A stretch of DNA of 64,000 nucleotides from Spirochaetia bacterium (GCA_963666985.2 CAXXIA010000002.1:2656001-2720000); one strand, 5' to 3'; shown: positions 30,911 through 40,984, counted from the first letter of the stretch. The notes: a model not told the origin generated them from the sequence alone. Numbers and translations are program-made.

Positions 30911-32770
30911 ATGGCCAAAAGAAAGTTCAAGACGGAAGTCAGTCAGCTGCTGAACCTGTTAATTCATTCCCTTTATTCGCATAGCGAAATATTCCTTCGG
31001 GAACTCATTTCCAATGCATCCGATGCCTTGGACAAGCTGAAGTATCTCACTCTTACGGATGAAGGACTTAAAAATCTCGCTTTTAATCCGCGTATCGATA
31101 TCCGAATCGACGGACGGGGAAGCGGAACTCTCGTGATTGAGGACAACGGCATCGGCATGAACGATGAGGATTTGTCCGAGTCGCTTGGAACCATCGCCCG
31201 CTCGGGAACGAAAAACTTCATGGAGAAGCTCACCGGAGACGCCAAAAAGGATTCCAACCTCATCGGCCGTTTCGGTGTGGGATTCTATTCGTCGTTCATG
31301 GTGGCCGACAAGGTTGAGGTGATTTCCCGAAAGGTGGGTGAAGAGAAGGCCTATAAATGGATCAGCGACGGCGAGACCGGCTTTACTATTGAAGACGCCG
31401 AAAGAGAGACGCAGGGAACCACTGTTATTCTGTATCTGAACGAAACCGGTAAAGAGTATGATTCGCAATGGAAAATCAGTTCCGTCATCAAGAAGTATTC
31501 GGACCATATAGCCTTCCCCATTCATCTGCACTGGACCCAGACAACCGGTTCCGGGGACGATGAGAAAACCGAAGAGAAAGAAGAGCAGGTTAATGCCGCC
31601 AGCGCTCTCTGGAAAAGGCCTAAGTCCGAATTGAAGGACGAGGACTATAATGAGTTCTACAAGACCTTATCCCACGAAACCGATGATCCGATGTTTCGCA
31701 TCCACACCCGTGCCGAAGGAACCTTGGAATACACCACGCTGTTTTTTATTCCGAAAACCGCTCCTCCGGATCTGTATTACGCCGATTACAAGCCCGGAGT
31801 GAAGCTTTATGTAAAGAGGGTGTTCATCACCGATGACGAAAAGGAGCTTCTGCCGGTTTGGCTGCGCTTTGTCCGGGGAGTTATCGATTCGGAAGATCTG
31901 CCTCTGAATGTGAGCCGTGAAATTCTTCAGCAGAACAAGGTGATGGCCAAAATTCGGGAAGCTTCGGTGAAGAAGCTGCTCAGTGAATTCCAGAAGTTCT
32001 CGGAGAACGCCGAGGACTATGCCGAGTTTGTCGAACAGTACAATAGGCCTCTTAAAGAGGGGCTGTATTCGGATTGGGCTCACCGGGATGATCTTTTGTC
32101 GCTGGTCCGCTACAAATCCACCTCCGTGGAAGGCTGGACAAGTCTTAAGGAATACAAAGACAGAATGCCGGAAGATCAGAAGGCCATCTACTACATTGCC
32201 GGCGATAATGAGGATTCTTTGAGAAAATCTCCCCTTCTTGCTTCCTATAAAGAGAAGGGATATGAAGTTCTGATTATGGCCGATGAAATCGACGAGATTG
32301 TCACGCCGATGATCGGGCCCTTTGAGGAAAAGGAATTCAAGGCCATCAATCGTTCCGGCGCTCTGGATGATTTGAAGACCGAGGATGATAAGAAGAAGGA
32401 AAAGGACGCCGAGCCGGTTCTGAAAAAGATTAAAAAAGTCCTGGGAGAGGCCGTTAAGGATGTGGTGGCTTCCGCCCGGCTCGCCGATGCTCCGAGCTGC
32501 CTTGTTTCCGACGATGCGGATCCTTCGGCTCAGATGAGGCAGATGCTTAAGGCCATGGGTCAGAAGGACATTCCGGAGGCCACGTTTATCCTTGAGGTGA
32601 ATCCCGATCATCCGGTGGTGAAGGGACTGGCCGAGGAGAAAGACAAGGAACTCTTGGAAGATGTCGCGTATCTTCTCTACGAGCAGGCCCTTCTGGTTGA
32701 GGGCGTGGAATTGAAGGATCCGGTTGCCTTTGCCGCCCGGCTGAACCGCGTGGCCGCCAAGGCGCTGTAA
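30911..32770 (+). CDS. htpG: Chaperone HtpG (Hsp90)
   Basis: FLRELISNASDA, DNGIGM, FGVGFYS, LPLNVSREILQ. Confidence 0.97.
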   Translation: MAKRKFKTEVSQLLNLLIHSLYSHSEIFLRELISNASDALDKLKYLTLTDEGLKNLAFNPRIDIRIDGRGSGTLVIEDNGIGMNDEDLSESLGTIARSGTKNFMEKLTGDAKKDSNLIGRFGVGFYSSFMVADKVEVISRKVGEEKAYKWISDGETGFTIEDAERETQGTTVILYLNETGKEYDSQWKISSVIKKYSDHIAFPIHLHWTQTTGSGDDEKTEEKEEQVNAASALWKRPKSELKDEDYNEFYKTLSHETDDPMFRIHTRAEGTLEYTTLFFIPKTAPPDLYYADYKPGVKLYVKRVFITDDEKELLPVWLRFVRGVIDSEDLPLNVSREILQQNKVMAKIREASVKKLLSEFQKFSENAEDYAEFVEQYNRPLKEGLYSDWAHRDDLLSLVRYKSTSVEGWTSLKEYKDRMPEDQKAIYYIAGDNEDSLRKSPLLASYKEKGYEVLIMADEIDEIVTPMIGPFEEKEFKAINRSGALDDLKTEDDKKKEKDAEPVLKKIKKVLGEAVKDVVASARLADAPSCLVSDDADPSAQMRQMLKAMGQKDIPEATFILEVNPDHPVVKGLAEEKDKELLEDVAYLLYEQALLVEGVELKDPVAFAARLNRVAAKAL

Positions 32771-32841
32771 GGGCTGTTCAGCCCTCTGACTTCGGGTAAT
32801 CGGCGGCGGCGCTCCGGCGTTGTCCATGAGGAGTTGTTTCC

Positions 32842-33339
32842 ATGAAAAGAATCATTGCGATCGTTATCGTTTTTGCCGCGGCCGTCGGCATCGTCTCGGC
32901 TCAAAGCCTTCGTGAAGACCGGGAAATAAAAACATTGAACGAAGAGGCTCTTGAAGGGCGGGTTAAAGCCGGTGTTCTGCTGGGGATGCCTTCCGGGGCC
33001 ACGATAGGATATCGATTCTCGAATTGGTTTGAGACGAATCTGACGGTCGGATACAGTTTTATCCATAAAAACTCGGCCGTTGTAAGAGCCAACAGCCTTT
33101 TTACGGTTTTGGAGATTCCCATGGGAGACGCGGGAATGATGCCGTTTTCCTTGGGCCCTCAGGTCAGTTTCTTCTTTGGGGATAAGTTTGTTGTTCAGCT
33201 TGTGGGAGATCTTCGTCTGGAGTACACCTTTGAAGAGATTCCCTTAAATCTTTTTGTCGAGGGCGGATTTGGTTTTCAATTCAACGATGACGACTGGATT
33301 GCCTGGAATTCGGGAATCGGGGTTCGGTACGTTTTTTAG
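32842..33339 (+). CDS. Exported protein, probable small outer-membrane beta-barrel
   Basis: Signal peptide, alternating beta pattern, C-terminal GIGVRYVF. Confidence 0.65.
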   Translation: MKRIIAIVIVFAAAVGIVSAQSLREDREIKTLNEEALEGRVKAGVLLGMPSGATIGYRFSNWFETNLTVGYSFIHKNSAVVRANSLFTVLEIPMGDAGMMPFSLGPQVSFFFGDKFVVQLVGDLRLEYTFEEIPLNLFVEGGFGFQFNDDDWIAWNSGIGVRYVF

Positions 33340-33436
33340 GCCGGTATCGGCAGCCCCCCGCGGGGAGCGTTTCGCAGGCGGTTTCCTGCGGAAGCTTCGA
33401 AGCGGCGGCGGTTCGGCGCTTGTCTTTTAGGAAATG

Positions 33437-33463
33437 AAGCGGCTCGGTTGAGCCGCTTTTTTT
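33437..33463 (+). terminator. Intrinsic terminator
   Basis: AAGCGGCTC-GGTT-GAGCCGCTT followed by a T run. Confidence 0.8.
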
Positions 33464-33577
33464 GTGTCCGTTCGGGATGCACGGAGGGACGCCGGAACGG
33501 GCGGCCGCTGCGATGAACCGCCGCCGGGGTCAGCTGAAAAATGCCGATGCGGTTTCTTCGGAAGTGAGACTTTCTCG

Positions 33578-33608
33578 TTGACCTTGGGACAGTTCCATAG
33601 TTTAGATT
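33578..33608 (+). promoter_or_regulatory. MerR-type sigma70 promoter/operator (19-bp spacer), upstream of cupin-SDR
   Basis: TTGACC-TTGGGACAGTTCCATAGTT-TAGATT. Confidence 0.7.
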
Positions 33609-33794
33609 GAAAATGCGGATTTATAGAGGTGTTTTTACTTTGGTTTGCATGCCGGTTGGCAAGAGCGAAATGCTTTCGGCCATAGTAAAACGGCAAAGAT
33701 TCACGGTCCGAGTCGGCCTTGGAGCGTGGATATTCCTCTTTGATCTTTCTCGGATCCTTATCGGGAACCGTTATTTTAAGTCAACTTAAGGAGA

Positions 33795-34127
33795 ATGAAA
33801 ATGAAGGTAGTTAAAGATGCCGCAGGCACACCGTATGAAGCTCCAAAACATTTTGGTGTTTACGGTATTCAAAAATTTGTACAGGAATCCGAAAGAGTGA
33901 AAGTTTCCTATTCTTATTTCCAGCCGGATGGCGGCTGTGAAATGACCGGCACTCCGACGGAGAAGATTTACTACGTTGTAAAGGGCTCCATAACAATCAA
34001 AGGAAAAAATGAAAGTCATGTGCTCAATCAGGGAGACATAATTTTCATTGCCGCGAATGAAGAGCGTGCAATGTCGATTAACGACGGCAAGCCTGCCGAA
34101 GTGCTCGTTTTTGTTATTAAGCCGTAA
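33795..34127 (+). CDS. Cupin domain protein
   Basis: EKIYYVVKG...GDIIFIAANEERAMSIN cupin pattern; AAGGAG RBS (start 33795 or 33801). Confidence 0.85.
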   Translation: MKMKVVKDAAGTPYEAPKHFGVYGIQKFVQESERVKVSYSYFQPDGGCEMTGTPTEKIYYVVKGSITIKGKNESHVLNQGDIIFIAANEERAMSINDGKPAEVLVFVIKP

Positions 34128-34145
34128 TTTTGCAGGAGATGGAAA

Positions 34146-34910
34146 ATGAAAGATTTGTTCAGACTTGATGATAAAGTCGCCGTCGTTATCGGCGGCGCAG
34201 GCGGAATCGGCCAGTCCTGTTCCCTCGCTCTCAGTCAGCAGGGCGCCAAGGTGGTTATCGCCAGCCGGAATCGTGAGGCCATTGAAAAGGCGGCGGTTGA
34301 GATTAATAAAGAAACAGGGAATGAAACGGCCTTTTTTACGGTTGATACCTCCGACGAGGCAACCATCGGCAATCTGGTTGATCAGACCGTAAGCCGGTTC
34401 GGAAAGGTTGATATTCTGGTAAACGCCCAGGGGATGAATAAGAAAGGTCTTATTCTGGACTTCCCGGCTGAAGAATGGGACAAGCTTTTTGAGGTGAACG
34501 TTAAGGGTGTGATGCTTTGCTGCCGTACCTTCGCAAAGGCTATGAAGGAAAAGGGCGGAAAGATCATCAATATGTCTTCGGTTCGGGGCATCAGGGGAAC
34601 CGGCGGCGGAAATACCCCCTACGGCGCGACCAAGGGCGCCGTCGATATGATTACCCGAATGCTGGCGGCCGAATGGGCCGAGTATAATATCAATGTCAAC
34701 GCCATGGCTCCTTCCCTTGTTCTGACCGATGCCGTTAAAAAGGCCGTTGCTCCGGACCGTTTGAAAATGCTTGCCGCAAGCAGCCTGTTCAAGCGCCTCG
34801 GAACTCCCGAAGAAATGGCCGGCGCCTGTGTGTTTCTCGCCTCGCCCGCGGCCGATTTCATCACGGGACAAATCATTTACATTGACGGCGGTTTGACGGC
34901 CGTCGGTTAA
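34146..34910 (+). CDS. SDR oxidoreductase, candidate phloroglucinol reductase
   Basis: IGGAGGIG, ASRN (NADPH-type), YGATK; specific function inferred from cluster context. Confidence 0.8.
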   Translation: MKDLFRLDDKVAVVIGGAGGIGQSCSLALSQQGAKVVIASRNREAIEKAAVEINKETGNETAFFTVDTSDEATIGNLVDQTVSRFGKVDILVNAQGMNKKGLILDFPAEEWDKLFEVNVKGVMLCCRTFAKAMKEKGGKIINMSSVRGIRGTGGGNTPYGATKGAVDMITRMLAAEWAEYNINVNAMAPSLVLTDAVKKAVAPDRLKMLAASSLFKRLGTPEEMAGACVFLASPAADFITGQIIYIDGGLTAVG

Positions 34911-34946
34911 TTTGAAATTTTCATAAGTGACGTTTGGCGACTGGCC

Positions 34947-34984
34947 AAAAAGGCCGGATGGTGCATGACCCGCCGGCTTTTTTT
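34947..34984 (+). terminator. Probable bidirectional intrinsic terminator
   Basis: AAAAAGGCCGG...CCGGCTTTTTTT between convergent genes. Confidence 0.65.
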
Positions 34985-35050
34985 ATTCCCAAACGGGCGA
35001 GAGAAGCGAAGCATTATGGCAAAGCGGAGGGGCTGCGAAGAAGCTCCGCT

Positions 35051-35476
35051 TCAGGACAAGCTCCGGGTATTGAACCCTTTTATTTTTTCATAGATTTCAG
35101 GCAGTTTTTCTTCCAGATTTAAGGACTTCATGTCGGGGCCTGTCCAGATATGAAAGGATGTCGCCGTGCTGAGCGGAGCGGTCTCGCCGGAGCGAAACAG
35201 TTCGTATTCAAGTTCCAGTTTTTTCGGAGCATAGGATTTAACCTTCGTTTTTATCAGCAGGCTGTCGGGGTAATACGCCGGAGCAAGGTACTGAATGTTC
35301 AGGTTGACCATTGCGGGGTTGATGCCCAGCGAATCCATGTCCTGATAGGGAAATCCGATCTTGGCCATGATTTCCATACGGGCGATTTCATACCACAAGG
35401 GGTAAACAGCATGGTGCGCGATGCCCATTTTATCCACATCCGGATACCGTGTTGCAATGGAAGTTTCACAGATCAT
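35051..35476 (-). CDS. Acyl-CoA thioesterase (YbgC/4HBT hotdog fold)
   Basis: RYPDVDKMGIAHHAVYPLWYEIAR; start at ATG 35476. Confidence 0.88.
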   Translation of the reverse strand: MICETSIATRYPDVDKMGIAHHAVYPLWYEIARMEIMAKIGFPYQDMDSLGINPAMVNLNIQYLAPAYYPDSLLIKTKVKSYAPKKLELEYELFRSGETAPLSTATSFHIWTGPDMKSLNLEEKLPEIYEKIKGFNTRSLS

Positions 35477-35504
35477 TTTCAGCCGTCCCTTCTTTATAAT
35501 ATAG

Positions 35505-35537
35505 CCTGAGGCAATTTCATACTCCATGAAATTGCTT
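35505..35537. repeat. Palindromic REP-like element (inverted copy of 30659-30691)
   Basis: CCTGAGGCAATTTCAT-ACTCC-ATGAAATTGCTT. Confidence 0.7.
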
Positions 35538-35673
35538 CTATCTGATGCCCGAAATCCCCCCGAACGCGCTGAGGGGGGGGGGCAAAAGCCGCTGTTTTTT
35601 GGATTCACCTCACCGTGTAATAAAAACGAAGCGCTTTGAGCCTCGCGGCTTTTGGGAAGAAATCCTATTCCAT

Positions 35674-35708
35674 AAAAAATAGCCGGGAATCCAAGGACTC
35701 CCGGCTAT
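35674..35708 (-). terminator. Intrinsic terminator of the thiolase-transhydroxylase operon
   Basis: AAAAAA TAGCCGGGA...TCCCGGCTA on the plus strand, just past the 35727 stop. Confidence 0.75.
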
Positions 35709-35726
35709 GGCGTTATCCGTTCTCTT

Positions 35727-36593
35727 TTAGGCTTTGGTCAGATAGGTCATTCCCAGGTAATGATCGGTATCCGTGAGTGCCGTGAGCTTAATCGGCGCAT
35801 ACCCTTCCTTAACGATTTCTATCTCGACGTTTTCTTTTTTAGGCAGCCATTCCACTTCCCAATCGCCGAAGTCGTTGGTGATTGCTTCAAAAACTTCTCC
35901 GCTTTTACGGCAGGTAATTTTGATTTTGGCGCCCACACAGACCTCTTCCATCTCTTCGGGGTAGTAAACGGTACCGGATAAGAAAACCGTGGGTACGTTA
36001 AGGTGAACGACATTCGTTTCCTTGCCTTCAAGCTCGGGCAGCTGCGTAACGCGGTTTTTGGCAATGATTTTAGACACTTCGCTTTCGGGGTTGTCCAAAT
36101 CGCCGAACACCAACGCGCCGTTGGGGCACGCCTCGACACAGCGCGGCTTTTTATACTCGGCACCCAGGTATGAAAGATAATTCGGATCATCCAGCAGCTC
36201 GGCGCACATGTTGCACTTTTGGGGCAGCTGTTTTTCTTCGTTCCAGTAGATCGCTCCCAGGGGACATGCGTCCGCAATCGCTTTTTGTCCCTTGGCTTTT
36301 ACAGGATCGATAATAACGATTCCGTCATCTCTTTTATAAACGGCTCCGTCCTTGGCCGCTTTCATGCAGGCCGGATCGGCGCAGTGTGAGCACGGAGTCG
36401 GAACCGTCGCCACTTTAATATGGCGGGAGTCGTCTCCGCGTTCCCATTCGCGGATGTCCATCCAAAATTGTCCCATCATGGGCTGAGAGGCGGACAGCTT
36501 TGTATCATAACCGCAGTGTTCATCTTTACAAGCGGTGTAGCAACAGTAGCAGGCCATGCAGGCTTTTGAGTCTATAGCAATTCCTAATCTCAT
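35727..36593 (-). CDS. Transhydroxylase beta-subunit-like Fe-S protein (three [4Fe-4S])
   Basis: CMACYCCYTAC, CSHCADPAC, CNMC...RCVEACP; third Cys group degenerate (DPVKAKGQKAIADACP); C-terminal beta-sandwich domain. Confidence 0.85.
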   Translation of the reverse strand: MRLGIAIDSKACMACYCCYTACKDEHCGYDTKLSASQPMMGQFWMDIREWERGDDSRHIKVATVPTPCSHCADPACMKAAKDGAVYKRDDGIVIIDPVKAKGQKAIADACPLGAIYWNEEKQLPQKCNMCAELLDDPNYLSYLGAEYKKPRCVEACPNGALVFGDLDNPESEVSKIIAKNRVTQLPELEGKETNVVHLNVPTVFLSGTVYYPEEMEEVCVGAKIKITCRKSGEVFEAITNDFGDWEVEWLPKKENVEIEIVKEGYAPIKLTALTDTDHYLGMTYLTKA

Positions 36594-39265
36594 TTTTTTA
36601 CCGCTTCCTTCGCTTTATTTTTGATTTTCTCCTGCATATGGAAGAATCCGTTACCCTCGATGATTTCAACGCATGTTTCGGCATCGGCATCGCCTTCTTT
36701 GGCAACCTTATCCAGCTTATGCTCGAAATACTGACCTTGAGGTATCGGGCCGTCGTACTTGCATACGTCGATGAGTGTTGAATTCGGCGCCATCCCGGGA
36801 ACCATATCGCCTATGAGCCGGCCCGGAGTAAGAACGTTGACGCAGCCGCCGATGTCCATGGAGCATTCACCGGGCTTTACGGGATTGTAAATGCCCGAAG
36901 AGCCGTAGGCGTGGATGGTGTTCTCCTCAACGCGGTAGGTTACCCGCGCGACACAGAGAACGCTTCCCCGCTCGTTGAACAAGAGAATGAGGTCTCCGTC
37001 TTTTATACCCTTTTCTTCCGCCTTTTTCGGGTGGATACGGGCGACAAGATAAGGGTTGCCGTTGATATACACGCGGTTTTCGGGGATTTCCCAGAACCAG
37101 GGCGTCGAGGAGTTGTGCTGTGTATGATAATCGAAGCGCGGGTGCGGGCTGATCAGGTGGAACGGATATTTTTTCGCCTTGAGGGAATGATGTCCTTCCC
37201 AGCTGTATTTATAGGTCGCGATGGGCGTGCGAACCTCGTCCTGAGGGGCCCAGTAGAGGAGCGACTCCGAGACGAACTCGAATTTTCCCGTAAAGGTGCC
37301 GAGCCTGCCTTCTTCCTGAAAGACCTTGTGGTTCGGCGTATCGCAGGGACGGTCTTCCACGAACCATCGGAATCCGGGATGACGTTCCCAATCCTCGGGC
37401 ACACCGGCAATGTAGTAGCCTTTTTTGGTAAAATCTTCCCAGCTGATTTTTTCGCACAGGTCGGATTTTTCCCAGAAACGCTTGCACCAGGCAAGCTCGT
37501 CCCGGCCTTCGGTAAATTCTTCGCCCCAGCCCAGACGCTCCGCGATTTGTGAGAAAATCCAGTAGTCCGAGCGGGATTCCCAAAGAGGTTCAATCGCCTT
37601 GTCCTGGAAAACAACGACCTGCCAGCTGCAGCCCGTTTGCGAGTGCGACTGATATCCGCCGTTTCCCGAGTTACAGAATTCACCGATGTCATAGCGTTCC
37701 AGATTGGTACACGCGGGCAGAATAACGTCGGCGAAACGGGATTCACCGTGAAAGTGAATGTCCTGATTCACGACGAATTCAAGTTCCGGACTTCGGTACA
37801 TTTTGACCCATTTGTTCGTGTCGAGCATACTGCCCATGAACGTGCCGCCGTATCTGTAGAACAGATGAACCTTGTTGGAGCCGGGTTCCGGATAGACGTG
37901 TTCGGTAAATTCCTGGTCGATACCGCCGCCGCAGAAGCCTTCTCCGTACCACTCGTAGTGGCCGTCTAAAATAGCATCCGGAAGGTTCGGACGGTAGAGC
38001 TTCTGCGTGACGCAGTTAACCGCGGTTTTGTCGGCAATCGGCTGATTGGCAATCTGGCTTAAGGGATCGGAATAGCCGCCGAACCAGAAGTTGTAGTCCA
38101 TCGGCGCGCCTGTTGTACCGGACCAGATATTCTGTCCCGGTTTGCCCATGCCCTGCATGGCGAAGAGCTGGACCATGAGTCTGGCGAATTCGGTACCGTT
38201 CGCCGTACGGCAAACTCCGCCGAAGCCGCCGCGCAGACCGGAGCCGCCCATGGTTTTGGTCGTTCCCCAGCGGCGGGCCAGCGCCTTAATATCAGCCGCC
38301 GGAATTCCCGTTTCGTTCTCACACCATTTCGGTGTTTTTGCCAGTCTGTCCGCGCCGTTACCCAGAATGTAGTCGGCCCATTCGTCAAATCTGTGGGCGT
38401 GCTTGGCGATGTATTCCTTATCGTAGAGACCTTCTGTGAGCCAGACATAGGCGATGCCCTCGCAAAGAGCCGCGTCCGTTCCGGGGCGGGGGCCGAACCA
38501 CTTATCCGCCTGCTTAACGGAAGAGAAATTGTTAAACGGATCGATATAGATGAATTGTACGCCCAAATCATCGAGCCAGTGACGCCACATGGTGGATTCG
38601 TTGCCGGCATATCCGCCTCTTGTCGTGTCGGGATCGTGCGACCACATAATCATGGTTTCAACGTTTTTCAGCGCGTCTTCCAAGAGGTCGAAGGCTTCGG
38701 TCCCGCCGAGCCGCCAATGGTAGCCGTAAGTATGCGGACAGCCCCATGTAAAACCTTCCCAGGAATCGGGATTGTCCAGAATTTGCGTGTAGCCGAGCAT
38801 TCTGAAAAAGCGGGCAAACGTGGATAATTTGTAGCCCAGAAGTCCCCAGCTGTGGTGGGAACTTGTAATGGCCGTAACGGACTCCTTGCCGTACGTATCC
38901 TGCACGCGCTTAATTTCGCGGGCGACCAGCGACAAAGCCTCGTCCCAGGTTGCCTTGCGGTAACCCGATTTCCCGCGGTTGTCCGTATTGCGGTTTTGAC
39001 CGTCGGGTGTTTCGACGAAATCCTCACGGATCATCGGGTAACGGATGCGGTCATATGAATAAGCGCGGTTTTTCTCGGTTAAGGCGATAAACGCGGGAGA
39101 CGTTTTTCTATGAGGGGTAAACTCCTTGCCGCGTGCTTTTATCGTCCAGCCCTTAGGATCGGTTTCGTTAAATACAATAGGCCTTACGCGTCTGATAACA
39201 CCATCTTCGGTATGTATCGCGATAGGTCCTCCGACACAGATACTGTGAGTAATTTTCTCGGCCAA
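36590..39265 (-). CDS. athL: Mo-bisPGD enzyme, pyrogallol-phloroglucinol transhydroxylase alpha-subunit-like
   Basis: GGPIAI start with no Tat signal or FS0; SSHHSWG, NPDSWEG (Mo-ligating Ser), SPHPRF, GGCVNVLTP closely follow Pelobacter AthL as recalled. Confidence 0.8.
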   Translation of the reverse strand: MAEKITHSICVGGPIAIHTEDGVIRRVRPIVFNETDPKGWTIKARGKEFTPHRKTSPAFIALTEKNRAYSYDRIRYPMIREDFVETPDGQNRNTDNRGKSGYRKATWDEALSLVAREIKRVQDTYGKESVTAITSSHHSWGLLGYKLSTFARFFRMLGYTQILDNPDSWEGFTWGCPHTYGYHWRLGGTEAFDLLEDALKNVETMIMWSHDPDTTRGGYAGNESTMWRHWLDDLGVQFIYIDPFNNFSSVKQADKWFGPRPGTDAALCEGIAYVWLTEGLYDKEYIAKHAHRFDEWADYILGNGADRLAKTPKWCENETGIPAADIKALARRWGTTKTMGGSGLRGGFGGVCRTANGTEFARLMVQLFAMQGMGKPGQNIWSGTTGAPMDYNFWFGGYSDPLSQIANQPIADKTAVNCVTQKLYRPNLPDAILDGHYEWYGEGFCGGGIDQEFTEHVYPEPGSNKVHLFYRYGGTFMGSMLDTNKWVKMYRSPELEFVVNQDIHFHGESRFADVILPACTNLERYDIGEFCNSGNGGYQSHSQTGCSWQVVVFQDKAIEPLWESRSDYWIFSQIAERLGWGEEFTEGRDELAWCKRFWEKSDLCEKISWEDFTKKGYYIAGVPEDWERHPGFRWFVEDRPCDTPNHKVFQEEGRLGTFTGKFEFVSESLLYWAPQDEVRTPIATYKYSWEGHHSLKAKKYPFHLISPHPRFDYHTQHNSSTPWFWEIPENRVYINGNPYLVARIHPKKAEEKGIKDGDLILLFNERGSVLCVARVTYRVEENTIHAYGSSGIYNPVKPGECSMDIGGCVNVLTPGRLIGDMVPGMAPNSTLIDVCKYDGPIPQGQYFEHKLDKVAKEGDADAETCVEIIEGNGFFHMQEKIKNKAKEAVKK

Positions 39266-39268
39266 TTC

Positions 39269-39721
39269 CTACACCTCCACCAGCGATTGCGCGAGTTCGG
39301 AGGTTGGATCGATTTTAATCATACCGCCGACAAGAGAGCCGTTCACCACCTCAAAACACCGCAGGTTGTACACCTCCGACAAGGCAACCTTATACGTTTT
39401 ACCGTCGGCCGCTTTGTAAACGGAACCTGTTTTGAACATGTGCTGTACCATCATTTTTCCGCTCTTCGGCATTTTGCCTTTGCGCTTAAAGCTCGGCTGA
39501 ACGCCAAATCGCTCATCACGTAATACTCCGACGTTTTCCCAGCCGTCTATGGCCGAAAGCGCGTCTTCCATCGCCTTTGTTTCCTTAAGGGTCGGCACGC
39601 CCGTGCCGTTCAGGCCTTGGTACCAAAGCTGAAGGGGAGAGATTACTTCCCCTTGATAACCGTCAAGGTACTTCTTTACCAAAGCCGTCAGCTCCGAAGG
39701 ATCGTTTGGGATTTTTGCCAT
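39269..39721 (-). CDS. Hypothetical protein (150 aa)
   Basis: Tightly packed in the operon with an AAGGGAG RBS; no recognised motif. Confidence 0.7.
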   Translation of the reverse strand: MAKIPNDPSELTALVKKYLDGYQGEVISPLQLWYQGLNGTGVPTLKETKAMEDALSAIDGWENVGVLRDERFGVQPSFKRKGKMPKSGKMMVQHMFKTGSVYKAADGKTYKVALSEVYNLRCFEVVNGSLVGGMIKIDPTSELAQSLVEV

Positions 39722-39725
39722 GATA

Positions 39726-40139
39726 TCAGCTTCTCCCTTTTGTCTTTGTTTTTTGGTTTTCCCTGTTCGGGATGAAAAAATCTATGTCTTCGTTCAAATC
39801 CACATCCGCGCTTGGAAACATGTTTATGATGGCTTCTTCCGCACTGCACATAACGCCGTAAATGTTAAAATCCCTGCCGAATTCCACCGCGAATACGGAT
39901 TCGGCCACATCCAGCAGGTTTTTAACGATCGCGGTACCTTTGTCGTCTTTTCCGAAGCTTTTTCGACCGCCTTCGGAAAATCCCAAGGTATGAGAAAAAA
40001 CCATATATTCGTCCGCCGCATTAAAAATGTACAAAAAGTCATCATGAGAACGCCCCGCGACCATGGTACACGGGGAGAGTTCCTTTAATGCCGCTTCGGG
40101 ATCTTTTCCAAGAACGCTGATGTGAATTTCTTCATTCAT
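39726..40139 (-). CDS. Hypothetical protein (137 aa)
   Basis: ATGA overlap with the upstream BKACE gene; no recognised motif. Confidence 0.65.
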   Translation of the reverse strand: MNEEIHISVLGKDPEAALKELSPCTMVAGRSHDDFLYIFNAADEYMVFSHTLGFSEGGRKSFGKDDKGTAIVKNLLDVAESVFAVEFGRDFNIYGVMCSAEEAIINMFPSADVDLNEDIDFFIPNRENQKTKTKGRS

Positions 40140-40984
40140 ACGTGTTTTGTCAGACCAAGAAGATCGCGGGCATCCTGTGCCGTCGCGATTTCCCTGTTGG
40201 TAATCTCGGACAGTTTCACGGCACGTTCGACAAGCTGGGCGTTTGTTGCCAGGACTCCTTTGTCGAAGTAGATGTTGTCTTCAAGACCCACGCGAAGTCC
40301 GTCGCAGCCTTCGGCAAGCCCCAGCAGCATGCAGGGAACGTGGAAACGGCCGATACCCGTGATGCTCCAGGTTGAACCCGGCAGCATTTTCGGCAAGAGG
40401 TAGCCCAGGCTCTCGGCATCACCGTCCATACCGCCGGCCACGCCCAGGACGAACTGATAATGCACGGGTTCTTTTATAAAACCGTGTTTAACATAGTATT
40501 TAATCGCACCCATCATGCCGGCGTCGAAAATCTCGCATTCGGGTTTAATATTAAGCTCTTGTGAAACCATGCCCAGCTTCTCAAGAAACGCCGGGGTATT
40601 CAGGAACACGCTTTTGTAGCCCCAGTTAATTGTACCGGGATCGTAGGAACACATTTCGGGCTTGCACTCGGCAAGCTGGTTCAGGCGGAGTTCGTCCGAG
40701 AACTTTGAACCGGAAGTTGTCAGGTTGAGTACGACATCAAGATTTTCTTTCGCAAGACCTTCACGAGCTTTGTCGCAAACTTCCTTGAACACTTCCGTGT
40801 CCATGCAGTTTACCCCATCCTTGTCCCTGACATGAATGTGGGCGATCGCGGCACCCGCTTTGGCGCAGTTCACAACGTCCTGTGCGATTTCATCGGGTGT
40901 GATCGGTACGTTGGGGTTTTGCGCTTTTGTTGTGCCCGCACCGGTGAGACACGCTTGAATAATGACCTTTTTCGATTTTGCCAA
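40136..40984 (-). CDS. Beta-keto acid cleavage enzyme (BKACE/DUF849), candidate triacetate cleavage enzyme
   Basis: PITPDEIA, AHIHVRD, RVGLEDN; TTG start with GGAGG RBS. Confidence 0.88.
   Translation of the reverse strand: MAKSKKVIIQACLTGAGTTKAQNPNVPITPDEIAQDVVNCAKAGAAIAHIHVRDKDGVNCMDTEVFKEVCDKAREGLAKENLDVVLNLTTSGSKFSDELRLNQLAECKPEMCSYDPGTINWGYKSVFLNTPAFLEKLGMVSQELNIKPECEIFDAGMMGAIKYYVKHGFIKEPVHYQFVLGVAGGMDGDAESLGYLLPKMLPGSTWSITGIGRFHVPCMLLGLAEGCDGLRVGLEDNIYFDKGVLATNAQLVERAVKLSEITNREIATAQDARDLLGLTKHV

Noticed and set aside
24086..35010. Similar ~30-nt sequences TTTTATTCCCAA..GCGAGAGAAG.GAA at 24086-24116 and 34981-35010
   Set aside because: Only two degenerate copies with no structure or consistent position; probably repeat remnants.
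35556..35582. G10 homopolymer upstream of the thioesterase as a phase-variation tract
   Set aside because: Intergenic, can pair with the nearby C6 as a hairpin, and no promoter elements clearly bracket it.
40136..40984. BKACE as lysine-fermentation Kce
   Set aside because: It lacks the N-terminal Glu of Kce and no kam/kdd/kal genes are nearby.
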